A DNA stretch of 64,000 nt, taken from assembly GCA_965217865.1 (NCBI GenBank), contig CBDCJO010000002.1, positions 3,968,001 to 4,032,000 on the forward strand, written 5' to 3'. Positions 1 through 10,203 of the stretch are shown here, piece after piece. Origin of the DNA: Candidatus Latescibacterota bacterium (GTDB lineage: Bacteria; Latescibacterota; UBA2968; SICM01). Under the pieces are notes generated by a model. It saw only the letters and a program-made list of their open reading frames with translations, did not search any database and was not told where the DNA came from. The first letter of the stretch is position 1. The number at the start of each line of letters is the position of its first letter. A program made the translations under genes and the position numbers.

Positions 1-114
1 TCCCGCGCTGAATTGCTGGAGGTTGCAGAGGTTATGGATCTGCTGAAGATTTGCAGGAGTCAATCCATCAAATAGCGGAATTTCTTTGAGTACTTCGAAA
101 GACTGGTCCATCAT
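1..114 (-). CDS. N-terminal fragment of a cyclic nucleotide-binding (Crp/Fnr-type cNMP) domain protein, continuing off the window edge
   Basis: Manual translation gives MMDQSFEVLKEIPLFDGLTPANLQQIHNLCNLQQFSAG. 'L+xIPLFxGL' is the typical start of a cNMP domain. RBS AGGAGG lies just upstream on the minus strand. Confidence 0.7.
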   Translation of the reverse strand, partial: MMDQSFEVLKEIPLFDGLTPANLQQIHNLCNLQQFSAG

Positions 115-350
115 AAACCCTCCTATACTTAAGAGAGGGCCTTACCAATAGGGAGGTTTGATTGCACGATTGTTATTTTTTCAGTCACACAAAGATTAAG
201 ATATCTGAATTTGGAGTGCGCCGCAACGCACAATATATACGCTTTTCAACAATATATACGCTTTTCTGAACTAATCTGTCCCCGGGGGCCACATGTCGAG
301 GGTGTTTATGAGCCTGTAGGAATCTTAAAAAGGCATTTCACCCAATCAGG

Positions 351-1790
351 TCACAGCCCTATACTCAAAATCAGGGCCTTTCCTGCCTCCTGAAGGTCCT
401 TGAATGTCCCATCTCCCACGGCCGCCAGCAAAGCAGCTCCGAAAGCCGCTTCTTCGGCGTGTGTGGGGACGGCCAGCGGCATACCGAATACAACCGGCAA
501 TATCTCCTGGAGCAGTGGGTTCTTTCTGATCCCGTTCCCCGCACCGACCAATTTGGAACGATTCCCGGCACCCAAATCTTCGATTTCAACGTACATCAGT
601 CGGAACTGTTCTACGATGCCTTCCAGCAATGACCGGGCCATGTGCCCGGGGGTAAAGTTCGAGGGGTTTATTCCGGACCAGGTTCCGCGGCGGTGGGGCT
701 CCGTGCGGGTTCCGGTTAACAGCGGTTCGGAACGCAGTCCATCCGATCCCGGAGGCACTGCGGCGGCCAATCGATTCATCGTATCATAGAGATCTTCGTC
801 CTCTCGACCGCCGAACATCTCCATCCCGATTTCCCGAAAGACATTCCTGAGCCAGGCATAGGTCCGGCCTCCGACTAGGCCCCCCCCGACGAGGAGATAT
901 CTCCCGTCCATGTACGGGCGGGTTTCCAGCCTGTGCGTCTGGATATGGTTATCCACGTAAACTGAAACCTGGCCTCCCGTGCCCACATTGATTAATAGGG
1001 TTTCCCCATATTCCCCTACGCTTCCGGCAAAACTCGCCTGGTTGTCACCGCACGCCACATAGACGGGTAAACCCTGGGGCAACCCGGTCTCCGATGCGAC
1101 AGCACGCCTCAGCCCCCCTGCGAGTGATCCTGAAGGCCTTAACTCAGGGAGCCATTCCGTGGAAAGTCCCAAGGCCTCGATCAACGGATCTTCCCACCTC
1201 TGGTTGACCACATCGAACAGTCCGGACCCGGCCGCATTGGTGGGGTCGGTCACCGGCCGGATACCGGTCAGGGTCGCGACGATAAAGTCGGGTAGGAAGC
1301 AGGTCGTGAAGGGTCCTGGGGGCAGTCCCTGGCTGGTGGCCATCCAGAAAAGGGTCGTCCCCAAATACCCCGAACGGGGCCTGCATCCCCGTTCCGAGGC
1401 ACCCAACCGATCGGCCAAGCCTTCCATTCGTTCGGCGTAGGAAATTCCGTCGCCCTCCATGGCCTCCATTCCACGCCGATCCTGCCAACCGATGAAAGGT
1501 CCAAGAGGATCTCCCTTTGCGGAGACGAGGAGCATCCCGTGCATCTGTCCGGTTACCCCGATTCCGGCCAGGGACGCCCCCGAAAAGGCGGTTTCCCGGA
1601 TGAGCCGATGGCACAGTTCGACCATCGCATCCGCATTCCATTCACTTCTCCCCCGGCCACGGTCAGTCGAAGAGGTGATTTCACATGAATTTGGAACGGT
1701 GCGGACCGTTCCGACCTCCCTGGCGTCCGTATCAAGGAGAAGGGCGGTTATCGTCGTCGTCCCGATGTCGAGGCCGAGGTATTGTGCCAA
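351..1790 (-). CDS. FGGY-family carbohydrate kinase (sedoheptulokinase/xylulokinase-like)
   Basis: LGLDIGTTT, GIGVTGQMHG, WQDRR, GDNQAS, INVGTGGQ and EEAAFGAA motifs. Confidence 0.9.
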   Translation of the reverse strand: MAQYLGLDIGTTTITALLLDTDAREVGTVRTVPNSCEITSSTDRGRGRSEWNADAMVELCHRLIRETAFSGASLAGIGVTGQMHGMLLVSAKGDPLGPFIGWQDRRGMEAMEGDGISYAERMEGLADRLGASERGCRPRSGYLGTTLFWMATSQGLPPGPFTTCFLPDFIVATLTGIRPVTDPTNAAGSGLFDVVNQRWEDPLIEALGLSTEWLPELRPSGSLAGGLRRAVASETGLPQGLPVYVACGDNQASFAGSVGEYGETLLINVGTGGQVSVYVDNHIQTHRLETRPYMDGRYLLVGGGLVGGRTYAWLRNVFREIGMEMFGGREDEDLYDTMNRLAAAVPPGSDGLRSEPLLTGTRTEPHRRGTWSGINPSNFTPGHMARSLLEGIVEQFRLMYVEIEDLGAGNRSKLVGAGNGIRKNPLLQEILPVVFGMPLAVPTHAEEAAFGAALLAAVGDGTFKDLQEAGKALILSIGL

Positions 1791-1851
1791 CCCAACAACC
1801 TCCTAAGAACTACCTTCTTCCAGTATCCGATACCAAAAAAAGGGGCATCCT

Positions 1852-2367
1852 TTACCAGGCTTCGTAGGGCAAAGTGTACCTGGCGCAAAAGGCTTCGAGC
1901 TTCAATCCGTCTTCTTTCAGTTTCAGACGATTAAAACTCTCCTCGATGAGATCGGCCTGTTTGCTCTCCTGTGTGATCCCGATAATCTGTTTTAGGGTGC
2001 GTGACCCGGTTTCTTTTTTCATCGAAGTAGAAAATACGACGAAGATCGATGGTTCTACCTTTCCGCGCGGCTGTTGTCTTGGGGGGATCGGGGGTGAACG
2101 AAACGTGGATTTAAGGGCAGGTGAGATGTAGGGTAGGGAATAACGTGAGGAGAAGGCCTTGATGATTTCATTCTTTGATTTGCGATCGGATCGATTGAAG
2201 GCTTCCTCAAATGCCTCCGCCCGCTCGGCCTCTTCGAAGACACCGATGACTTGTCTAGAGCGCTGCACCCCCGTCTCCGGATCTATACGTGCGCCCATCA
2301 CGATGTGGACGAACAATTTTCCATGTGATCTTTTAGGGGTTCGGCTACCGGAAGGTATGGATGCCAT
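1852..2367 (-). CDS. Hypothetical protein with two tandem copies of an unrecognised ~65-aa domain
   Basis: Internal repeat ETG...IG...EExFN...AF..RY.LPY; paralog at 57625..57942. Confidence 0.75.
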   Translation of the reverse strand: MASIPSGSRTPKRSHGKLFVHIVMGARIDPETGVQRSRQVIGVFEEAERAEAFEEAFNRSDRKSKNEIIKAFSSRYSLPYISPALKSTFRSPPIPPRQQPRGKVEPSIFVVFSTSMKKETGSRTLKQIIGITQESKQADLIEESFNRLKLKEDGLKLEAFCARYTLPYEAW

Positions 2368-2410
2368 TGAGGGTCTCAGGAGATGCAGTGCTTATCCCAT
2401 GGGTAAACTG

Positions 2411-3184
2411 CTACTCTCCTTTGGGATTGGCACGAAGCGTTTCAAGGTTTTTCTGAACGACCTGGACACCGAAGGCCATGGGATTGCCGATGTTCAGGAA
2501 CCGATAGCCCCAGCGGGCTTTCTCCTGGATTTCGGCCACTGTAGAGAGGGTTGTGCCGGCGGAGATCCCGGTCCCTTCGAGCCTTCTGGGCACATCGCGC
2601 ATAATCTCCTGTACCTCCGGCGACCCCGTGTTGGTAATGGTTCCGACGGAGGCCGACAGGTCGAGCGGGCCGACCAGGAGAACGTCGATGCCAGGAACAT
2701 TTTTGATTTCGTCGATATTGTCGTAGGCCTGCTGGCTTTCGATCTGAAGGACCAGTACGGTCTCTTCATTTGCAGTCCTGATCACGTGAAAAAAGTCCAA
2801 CCCCGCCACCTTGGTCCACCCCGGCGAAATCCCGCGCTGACCTTCGGGGGCATAACGTGCGTACTCGACAGCTCTGGCCGCCTCCTCGGGCGTGTTCACC
2901 TGGGGCACCATAACGGCAACGGCTCCAACATCGTAGGCCTTTTTAATTAAGGCCGGATCGTTCCACGCCACCCTGATCATAGGCGCAACGCCTTGTTGTC
3001 TGGCAAGGACGGGTATGACGTCCAGGGCCTCCGCTCCGAATGAGCCATGTTCCGTGTCGATCCAGAGAAAGTCCGGTTTGGTTTCAATGACCATCCCGGC
3101 GACGATTGGGATTGGGGCCGGCAACGAGGCTCCAAACACGATTTCCTTGTTTCTGAGTTTCTGCTTGAGGGGGTTGGGATACAT
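2411..3184 (-). CDS. HpcH/HpaI class II aldolase family protein
   Basis: WIDTEHG, IRVAWND, YAPEGQRG, QIES and LVGPLDLS motifs. Start MYPNPLK follows the RBS GAAGGAG. Confidence 0.9.
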   Translation of the reverse strand: MYPNPLKQKLRNKEIVFGASLPAPIPIVAGMVIETKPDFLWIDTEHGSFGAEALDVIPVLARQQGVAPMIRVAWNDPALIKKAYDVGAVAVMVPQVNTPEEAARAVEYARYAPEGQRGISPGWTKVAGLDFFHVIRTANEETVLVLQIESQQAYDNIDEIKNVPGIDVLLVGPLDLSASVGTITNTGSPEVQEIMRDVPRRLEGTGISAGTTLSTVAEIQEKARWGYRFLNIGNPMAFGVQVVQKNLETLRANPKGE

Positions 3185-3471
3185 GAAAGCTCCTTCAGGG
3201 AATAGGTGTGTTTGGATAACGTCGCTATCGAGGATCCAACACTGAATTAACCATGGCCGCCTGGCTAATATTGTCCGGATCGAATTTGATGTCAAGAAGA
3301 AACTAAAACTTTCAGGAATAGGGGGATAGAAGGAAATCAGGAGCCGGGTCCCGGGGGAAATTGCAAAGTGAAAAATGCAAAATTTAAATTTAAAGGAAGA
3401 TCAACCTGTGATCGTGGGGGCACGTGATAGGGCGGTTTTTTGGGTAATATTTAGAGGGCCAATAAAAGGAC

Positions 3472-3497
3472 TAAATGTTTTTAAAATCTGCCGATAC
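3472..3497 (+). promoter_or_regulatory. Possible sigma28 (FliA)-type promoter upstream of the SprA-like gene
   Basis: TAAA-N14-GCCGATAC against the consensus TAAA-N15-GCCGATAA. The spacer is one base short and contains a T run. Confidence 0.35.
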
Positions 3498-3545
3498 AAA
3501 GGAATAGAGATAAGATGACGCATCCCAAGGGTAGGGGTACCCTCC

Positions 3546-4427
3546 GTGAATATAGGCCTTCCACTAGAAAATTCCGGTATCATCCATTCCCCGAACAGGG
3601 AACTCCCCCAAGATAGAAATGTCCGCCGTCGTGGGCAAGACGGTGGGGTAGACCGGCCCTCCGGGGATCGTTCTGAACCATCAGAGGATACGTTTGTTCT
3701 CTTAGGATCCCAAATGCTTCAGGGTTCGCGACAGTCCTCGGCTTCCCCAGGGACCCGTGGAACAGACGAAGAAGAGAAGGGTAGGGGGGGGACACTCGGG
3801 GCCAAAGATGATGATTCAGCCGGGACGAATCAGGCCGGAGGCGTGAAGCTGACAGAGGAAGAAGAGGCAGAGGTAGAGCAGTTGAAGGAGCGTGACCGCG
3901 AGGTCCGGGCTCACGAGCAGGCACACGTGGCGGCCGGTGGTAGGTACGTCCGGGGAGGGATTCAGTATAATTACCAGACCGGACCGGACGGCCGGCAATA
4001 CGCTGTTGGGGGGGAGGTTTCGATCGACACCTCCGAGGTCTCAGGAGACCCCGGGGCTTCGCTACGAAAGGCACAGGCGATTCGTCGTGCTGCCATGGCG
4101 CCTTCCGAACCGTCGAGCCACGACCACCAGGCGGCCGCCGCCGCAGCCCGAATGGAAGCAAAGGCCCGCAGGGAACAGGCTAAGACGCGGTCTGAGGATT
4201 TTGATTCAACGAAAACCGGTGTGGAAGTAATGGAAGATTCTACTGAAAAAGGGGATTCCCGACGGATTGATCTCCCGGTTTCGGGAAATCGAATCGAAAA
4301 AGGGGGAGTCGCGGCGGGATATGAAGCTTCGAGAAAAAGGCCTTCTTCAAGCGCCCCATCCGGGCCCTCCCGCGCTCGACTCGAGAGTCCGGTTAAGCAG
4401 GACCGTTCAATAGATCTGTATCGATGA
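3546..4427 (+). CDS. SprA-related (CJM1_0395-type putative metalloprotease) protein
   Basis: LKERDREVRAHEQAH...YQTGPDGRQYAVGGEVSID...KAQAIRRAAMAPSEPS signature. Confidence 0.88.
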   Translation: MNIGLPLENSGIIHSPNRELPQDRNVRRRGQDGGVDRPSGDRSEPSEDTFVLLGSQMLQGSRQSSASPGTRGTDEEEKGRGGTLGAKDDDSAGTNQAGGVKLTEEEEAEVEQLKERDREVRAHEQAHVAAGGRYVRGGIQYNYQTGPDGRQYAVGGEVSIDTSEVSGDPGASLRKAQAIRRAAMAPSEPSSHDHQAAAAAARMEAKARREQAKTRSEDFDSTKTGVEVMEDSTEKGDSRRIDLPVSGNRIEKGGVAAGYEASRKRPSSSAPSGPSRARLESPVKQDRSIDLYR

Positions 4428-4624
4428 CGGAATTTTAGGCATCAAAAACTTCCTTCACCAATTCACGAGTTCCAAGTTGAACCTCCCCATCCCGAATTCC
4501 TCCCGTTTCGTGTTTCAATTTCCCTTCACGCTGATTTGAACTTCCACTTTGAACATACTATCCGGCATTTCCCCATAAGCGGAAATCCAAGTCCCGGTGA
4601 ATCGCGTTTGAACCCTTCAGGTTG

Positions 4625-6634
4625 TTACCCCTTACCCAGCGCTTTGGCCCCTGCGTCCAGAGTTTCAATGATAGCATCCACATCATAGACACACCCCTTC
4701 CAGGTTCCTCCGCCGACGTTCTGGAGGGCCGCCCAGAGCCGCGTGTCATCCGGCAGGTCCGGGTGGGGCGTCAGGTCTGTCCGGATAGGGCGCTTTGAGA
4801 GGATTTCCCCTCCGGCCTCCGGTCCAAAGATATCGTCCTTGTGGCCCACCAGGTCGACGCTGCCTTCGAGTCTCTCGGTGTCGATGATGATCTGGACGAT
4901 ATCCCCGTCGATCAGTTTTCCGATCGGGCCGCCGGCGAGGGCTTCGGGACCGATATGGCCGATACAGGCACCTGTTGAGAATCCGGAAAAGCGCGCATCG
5001 GTGAGGAGGGAAATCCGTTTGCCGAATTCGAGGTACTTCAGGGAAGTGGTGATCTGGGCGATCTCCTCCATTCCGGTTCCCATGGGTCCGATGCCGAGGA
5101 TGACCATGACGTCGCCCGGTTTGACTCCCTCCGAACCGGGGTTTTTAAGGGCTGCGATGGCGGCGACTTCGGATGTGAAGACCCGAACCGGCCCGGTCGT
5201 ACGGAAGATGCCGTCCGGATCGACGACCGAGGGATCGATGGCCGTAGACTTGATGACAGAGCCCTCCGGCGCGATGTTTCCGGTCGGAAAGCAGACGGTG
5301 CTCGTCAGCCCGCGCGACCTGGCGCGTTGCGGATCCATGATGACGTCCTCGGGATAAACCCCGTCCTGTTCTTTAAGCAGTGTTCGAAATCGAGAACGGC
5401 GTTCGGAAGTCTCCCACCAATCCAGATTTTCTCTCAGAGTTCGGCCGGTGACGGTGAGTGCGTCCTCTTTCATCAAGCCCAGGCGGCGAAGATGGCACAT
5501 CACCTCGGGTACCCCGCCTGCCAAAAAGGCTCGAACTGTGGGATGGTTGACGGGACCGTTCGGGAGGACGTCGACGAGGCGGGGCACCTGACGGTTTACT
5601 TGAATCCATTCGTCCACGGTGGGCCGGGTGAGGCCTGCCGCGTATGCGACGGCCGGGACGTGGAGGAGGAGGTTCGTAGATCCGCCGAAGGCCGCGTGGA
5701 CGATCATAGCATTGTGAATTGCGTCTTCTGTGAGGATGTCGCGTGTTTTCAACCCGGCCGAGTAGAGGCCCAGGATGGCTCGTCCGGAGCGGACCGCCAT
5801 ATCCCGCCAAACCGGTTCTCCAGAGGGGGCCAGGGCGCTATGCGGGAGGGTGAGTCCAAGGGCTTCGGCCACCACCTGGGATGTCGCTGCCGTGCCGAGG
5901 AACTGGCAGCCACCGCCAGGGGTGGCGCATGCCCGGCAACCAAGATCCATGACTTGCTCGATCGTCATTTCGCGGTGTGACAGGCGGGCCCCCACGGACT
6001 GGATCCTCCCCGCGTCTTCGCCGTTTTCGGGGGGAAGCGTGACGCCCCCGGGAACGATCAGGGTGGGAAGATCGTGCATCGCGGCCAGGGCGATCATGAT
6101 CGCGGGAAGTCCCTTGTCGCAGGTTCCGATGCCGATGACGCCATTCCGGGTGGGAAGGGATCGAATGAGCCGGCGAAGCACGGTGGCAGCATCGTTTCGG
6201 TAGGGTAGGCTGTCGAGCATCCCGACGGTCCCCTGCGTGCGTCCGTCGCAGGGATCGGAGCAGTAACCCGCGAAGGGAATCCCACCAAGTCGGTGGATCT
6301 CCCTGGCCGCCTCCTGCATGAGCAACCCCACCTCCCAATGCCCGGTGTGATAGCCGAGGGCAATCGGGCTTCCGTTGTCTCCCCGGATGCCCCCCATGGT
6401 GCTGAGGATAAGGAATTCGGGACGGCCCAGTTCTTCGGGATCCCAACCCATGCCCGCGTTCTGGCTGTAGGCGAAGATATCCCCGCTCGGGGAGTTGACC
6501 ACCATCTCTTCAGTGAGGGTGGCAAGGCGTCCCTGTGGCCCCGGGGCTTTTGTGCGGACTTCATATATTTCGGGGTTGTCCAGAACGACTTCCTCGAAGT
6601 TGACCGGCTTCAAATTCGATGGCTTTCTGTCCAT
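4625..6634 (-). CDS. YjhG/YagF-type D-xylonate dehydratase (IlvD/Edd family)
   Basis: [46 protein letters not shown] and C-terminal [20 protein letters not shown] motifs. Confidence 0.9.
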   Translation of the reverse strand: MDRKPSNLKPVNFEEVVLDNPEIYEVRTKAPGPQGRLATLTEEMVVNSPSGDIFAYSQNAGMGWDPEELGRPEFLILSTMGGIRGDNGSPIALGYHTGHWEVGLLMQEAAREIHRLGGIPFAGYCSDPCDGRTQGTVGMLDSLPYRNDAATVLRRLIRSLPTRNGVIGIGTCDKGLPAIMIALAAMHDLPTLIVPGGVTLPPENGEDAGRIQSVGARLSHREMTIEQVMDLGCRACATPGGGCQFLGTAATSQVVAEALGLTLPHSALAPSGEPVWRDMAVRSGRAILGLYSAGLKTRDILTEDAIHNAMIVHAAFGGSTNLLLHVPAVAYAAGLTRPTVDEWIQVNRQVPRLVDVLPNGPVNHPTVRAFLAGGVPEVMCHLRRLGLMKEDALTVTGRTLRENLDWWETSERRSRFRTLLKEQDGVYPEDVIMDPQRARSRGLTSTVCFPTGNIAPEGSVIKSTAIDPSVVDPDGIFRTTGPVRVFTSEVAAIAALKNPGSEGVKPGDVMVILGIGPMGTGMEEIAQITTSLKYLEFGKRISLLTDARFSGFSTGACIGHIGPEALAGGPIGKLIDGDIVQIIIDTERLEGSVDLVGHKDDIFGPEAGGEILSKRPIRTDLTPHPDLPDDTRLWAALQNVGGGTWKGCVYDVDAIIETLDAGAKALGKG

Positions 6635-6700
6635 GATGTCTACTCAGGTCGTGGGAATGCGTTTCGCAATAGGTTCCCGGATTCGATAAGGGAGGAAGAC

Positions 6701-7612
6701 TTAAGGGAGGATTTCTTTCGATTTAAGGAATTCTGTGAGATCGGCCATCTCCTGATCCGTCAGGGTGGAATAGGGCATTCTGCGCCAGCGACTTGCGATC
6801 CCGAACAGCTCCAGCATTCCCTGCATGCCGGCATAATAGCCGCTTGGGAGACCGAAAAGGAAGTCGATCAGGGGCACCTCATAATCGGAGATGATTTTCC
6901 GGGCGGATGCCATGTCGAGGGCTAGCACCCCTTCCCAGTAAAGGACGGCGAGATCCGGCCTGAAGGTGACGAAGCGCGACATGTAGCCGTCGCAACCGAA
7001 CGGGAGAAGGCCCAGGTGAGAGGATTTTTTGCCCCCTGCGAAAATCGCACACCTTTCGTGGCAGAGCAGACACATCTTCTCGGCGAAGGGGCCGCCGAGG
7101 TCGTCCTTTATGGCCAGGACATTTTCGGATTTACCCAGGGTCAGCTTTAGGGTCTCGAGTCCAAACGCAGCCCCGGAACCCTGAAACACGTTCGTCACCA
7201 CCATGACGGGCATCACCTTTGCGACCGTTGCAAAGTGTTCGGAGAGGGTCTGAGGGGTGCACCCCCCCGGGGTGGGAGGCGAACACATGACGATATCCGC
7301 TCCCCAGGATTTCGCGCCCTCGGCAAAGGCGACGGCTCTCGCCGTTGCATGATAACGATCCGCGGCAACGACCATTGCCCGTCCGCCTGTATGCTCGCAT
7401 GTCACCCGGGTCACCTCCGCGATCTCGTCGTCGGAAAGACAGTGATACATGGCATTTCCCGCGGTGAGAATAATCGACCTGCTGCCCCCCTCGACGCTCA
7501 CATCGATAAAGCGTCGCAGGCCTGGATAGTCGATATCCCCGTCTTCTTTGAATGGCGTCCTGATGGTCGCAAGCGGACCTGTGAGGTTGTATCGAATAGC
7601 ATCCAGATCCAA
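6701..7612 (-). CDS. DapA/NanA-family (DHDPS-like) lyase, divergent
   Basis: TPFKEDGDIDY, LSDDEI, Schiff-base Lys in LAIKDD; tandem paralog of 7687..8613. Confidence 0.85.
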   Translation of the reverse strand: MDLDAIRYNLTGPLATIRTPFKEDGDIDYPGLRRFIDVSVEGGSRSIILTAGNAMYHCLSDDEIAEVTRVTCEHTGGRAMVVAADRYHATARAVAFAEGAKSWGADIVMCSPPTPGGCTPQTLSEHFATVAKVMPVMVVTNVFQGSGAAFGLETLKLTLGKSENVLAIKDDLGGPFAEKMCLLCHERCAIFAGGKKSSHLGLLPFGCDGYMSRFVTFRPDLAVLYWEGVLALDMASARKIISDYEVPLIDFLFGLPSGYYAGMQGMLELFGIASRWRRMPYSTLTDQEMADLTEFLKSKEILP

Positions 7613-7686
7613 AAGTTCGCTCCTCTCGGTTTAATACGGGGTACCCCGAAGGGTTGTTGGGGTGGTTGAAAACGGTCCTTCACTTA

Positions 7687-8613
7687 TCAGGAGGATGCCG
7701 ACAGAAGCCCTTTCGATCGCAGGAAAGCCGCGAAGGTTTCCATCTCCTGATCGTTCATGGAAACATACGGTTTTCTTCGCCAACGCCCCGAGATACCGTA
7801 GAGCTCGAGCATGGCGTGGGCCCCTGCATTCCAGCCGCCGTGCAGACCCATCAGATGATCGAAAAGGGGGGCATCGTAGTGGTCGATGACGCCGCACGCG
7901 ACCTCCAGGTCTCCAGCCTCCACCGACTCCCAGTAGCGACGTGCAAGATCAGGCTTGAAGGTGACCATCATGGACATGTAGCCGTCAACACCGAAAGGCA
8001 GCATGGCCATGTGGCCCTGTTTCTGTCCGCCTGCGAAGATGGCGCAGCGGTCGTGACAGAGCATGCACATCCGCTGGACAAAGACGCCACCGACATCGTC
8101 TTTAATGGCCAGGACGTTGTCGGACTTCTCAAGGGTTTTTTCAAGCGTTTGCAGGCCGAAAGAAGGAGGCAAACCCCCGCCGAAAATAGCGGTGACCACC
8201 ATGACCGGCATCACTTGAGCCACAGCAGAGTAGTGTTCGGCCAGGGTCTCCGGCGTACAGCTCTGTGCCCAGTTAGGCGGCAAACACATGTTGATCCCGG
8301 CACCCAGATCACGGGCGAACTTCGCGAACTCGATCGCACGTCCGGTCGCATAACCGCAGTCTGCGGACACGACCATCGCACGACCTGCCGCGTGCTCGCA
8401 CGTTGTGCGGGTCACCTCGGCGATCTCATCGTCCGAGAGACAATGATAATGTGTATCACCCGACGTGAGGATGATCGACCTGCTCCCGCCTTCTATGCTT
8501 ACATCGATAAATTTCCGCAGACCGTCGTGGTCAACGCTTCCATCCCGGTTGAACGGCAGAATGACGGAAGCGATTGGGCCCGAAAAGTGGTAGCGAACGG
8601 CATCGAGATCCAC
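7687..8613 (-). CDS. DapA/NanA-family (DHDPS-like) lyase, divergent
   Basis: LPFNRDGSVD and LAIKDD motifs; colinear with 6701..7612. Confidence 0.85.
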   Translation of the reverse strand: MDLDAVRYHFSGPIASVILPFNRDGSVDHDGLRKFIDVSIEGGSRSIILTSGDTHYHCLSDDEIAEVTRTTCEHAAGRAMVVSADCGYATGRAIEFAKFARDLGAGINMCLPPNWAQSCTPETLAEHYSAVAQVMPVMVVTAIFGGGLPPSFGLQTLEKTLEKSDNVLAIKDDVGGVFVQRMCMLCHDRCAIFAGGQKQGHMAMLPFGVDGYMSMMVTFKPDLARRYWESVEAGDLEVACGVIDHYDAPLFDHLMGLHGGWNAGAHAMLELYGISGRWRRKPYVSMNDQEMETFAAFLRSKGLLSASS

Positions 8614-8794
8614 GTTTCGTCCTCCCAGGTTAAAGACCGTGAAGCGTAAAACAACACAGAATTTTTGATGTCATTTCCGCGCAAGACTCAAAACCGAGAT
8701 CCTTTGCCTTCGGCTCAAGATGACATTTTTAATTTGAACTTTCGTCAATGACGAAGATAAATCGATAAACCCCTTTGCTATTTCCCCCATACAC

Positions 8795-10099
8795 CTACCC
8801 ACCGGCCTGATCGAAGTGCCGGATGGTTTTTCGGAGCGCGTCAACCTGCTGACCGACTCGCTCCAGGGTCTGCATGCTGGTTTTGAACTGGCACAATCGA
8901 GGCTGGAGTTCCTCGCACACCGGGCAGTCTCCCTCCTGGTAGCTTTTGACCTTCCCTTTGTAACGCGGGTCGAAGTTGGGCGCCTGTTCGGGACGGGCAT
9001 AGAAGGCGAGGTTGCGGAATACCGGCTCGAGATGAACGGGACGCCACGCGGAGTAGAGTCCGTCGCCGCCGTTCTCGATGAAGGTTTTTCTGAAGGCGCG
9101 CCAGTCCGCGCCGAGTTTTTCCTCATCCAGCCCGCAGGTGTAAGTCCAGTAGGTGTGGGTGCAGTCCTCCGGGACGTGTGGTCTGACCAGCCACTCGCAT
9201 CCTTCGTCGATTACGGCCTGCTCATATTGAGCCCCGATATGGCACCGTGCCGCCACCAGGTAGTCCAGACGCTCGAGTTGAGCCATACCGACGGCCGCCT
9301 GCACCGATGACATGCGGAACTGGTATCCCATCACGTCATGACGCTCGAAGGCCCAGTCCTGACGGACCTCTCGCGGGATCGTCACCTCGCCCGGCCTTGC
9401 CGTAAGCGTTCGAAAGCCGGATGCCCCGCGCTTTCGGATATCTCGCGCATATTCCGGGTCATTTGTAATCACGATGCCCCCATCGCCGGCGGAGGTCATA
9501 TGCTTGGAACCCTGAAAGCTGAAGCTGGCCGCGTGGCCTATGGTCCCCACCAACTTCCCTTTGTACGTGGCCAGAAAGCACTGCGCGTTGTCCTCGATCA
9601 CGGTCAGGTGGTGTTGTTCGGCCAGGGCCATAATCGGATCTAAGTCAGGCGTAAGGCCATAAAGGCTGACGGGGATGATGGCCTTGGTGTGTTCGGTTAT
9701 CTTTCGTTCGATGTCCGCGGGGTCGATGTTGTAGGTCCGCGGGTCGATATCCGCGAACACAGGAACCGCTCCGCACTGCACAACGACAAACGCTGTGGAG
9801 ATAGCCGTCAGGGGCGGAACGATCACCTCGTCGCCGGGACCGACTCCGGCCGCCAGAAGGCAGGACTGCATGGTCCCGGTGCCGGAGTTGTGCAGGATGG
9901 CGTAAGCGACGCCGAATTTTTCCGCGAACGCCGATTCAAAACGTCTGAAGATGTCCGCGGGATCCCTCGCGTTGCTGAAGCCGGCATCAAGCACTTCCTG
10001 CAGGTAACGTCTATCCGTCTCGCCGGCACGACCCGGGGGGAGATGTGAGAAGATTTCCACGGGGTCCACTGTTCCAACATTGGTCAACGCCGTCGACAT
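8795..10099 (-). CDS. DegT/DnrJ/EryC1/StrS PLP aminotransferase
   Basis: NSGT, GVGPGDEVIVP, VIEDNAQ, SFSFQGSKHMT (PLP Lys) and GYQFRMS motifs. Confidence 0.92.
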   Translation of the reverse strand: MSTALTNVGTVDPVEIFSHLPPGRAGETDRRYLQEVLDAGFSNARDPADIFRRFESAFAEKFGVAYAILHNSGTGTMQSCLLAAGVGPGDEVIVPPLTAISTAFVVVQCGAVPVFADIDPRTYNIDPADIERKITEHTKAIIPVSLYGLTPDLDPIMALAEQHHLTVIEDNAQCFLATYKGKLVGTIGHAASFSFQGSKHMTSAGDGGIVITNDPEYARDIRKRGASGFRTLTARPGEVTIPREVRQDWAFERHDVMGYQFRMSSVQAAVGMAQLERLDYLVAARCHIGAQYEQAVIDEGCEWLVRPHVPEDCTHTYWTYTCGLDEEKLGADWRAFRKTFIENGGDGLYSAWRPVHLEPVFRNLAFYARPEQAPNFDPRYKGKVKSYQEGDCPVCEELQPRLCQFKTSMQTLERVGQQVDALRKTIRHFDQAGG

Positions 10100-10203
10100 G
10101 TTTGGACTTCCTCGAGGGACAAATTCTCTTTCTTCCCGGAAGAATGATTGGCACCACTTCTCCGGACCGACTCTTCTGCATCTAGCCTGAGTTGTGTTCA
10201 GTT

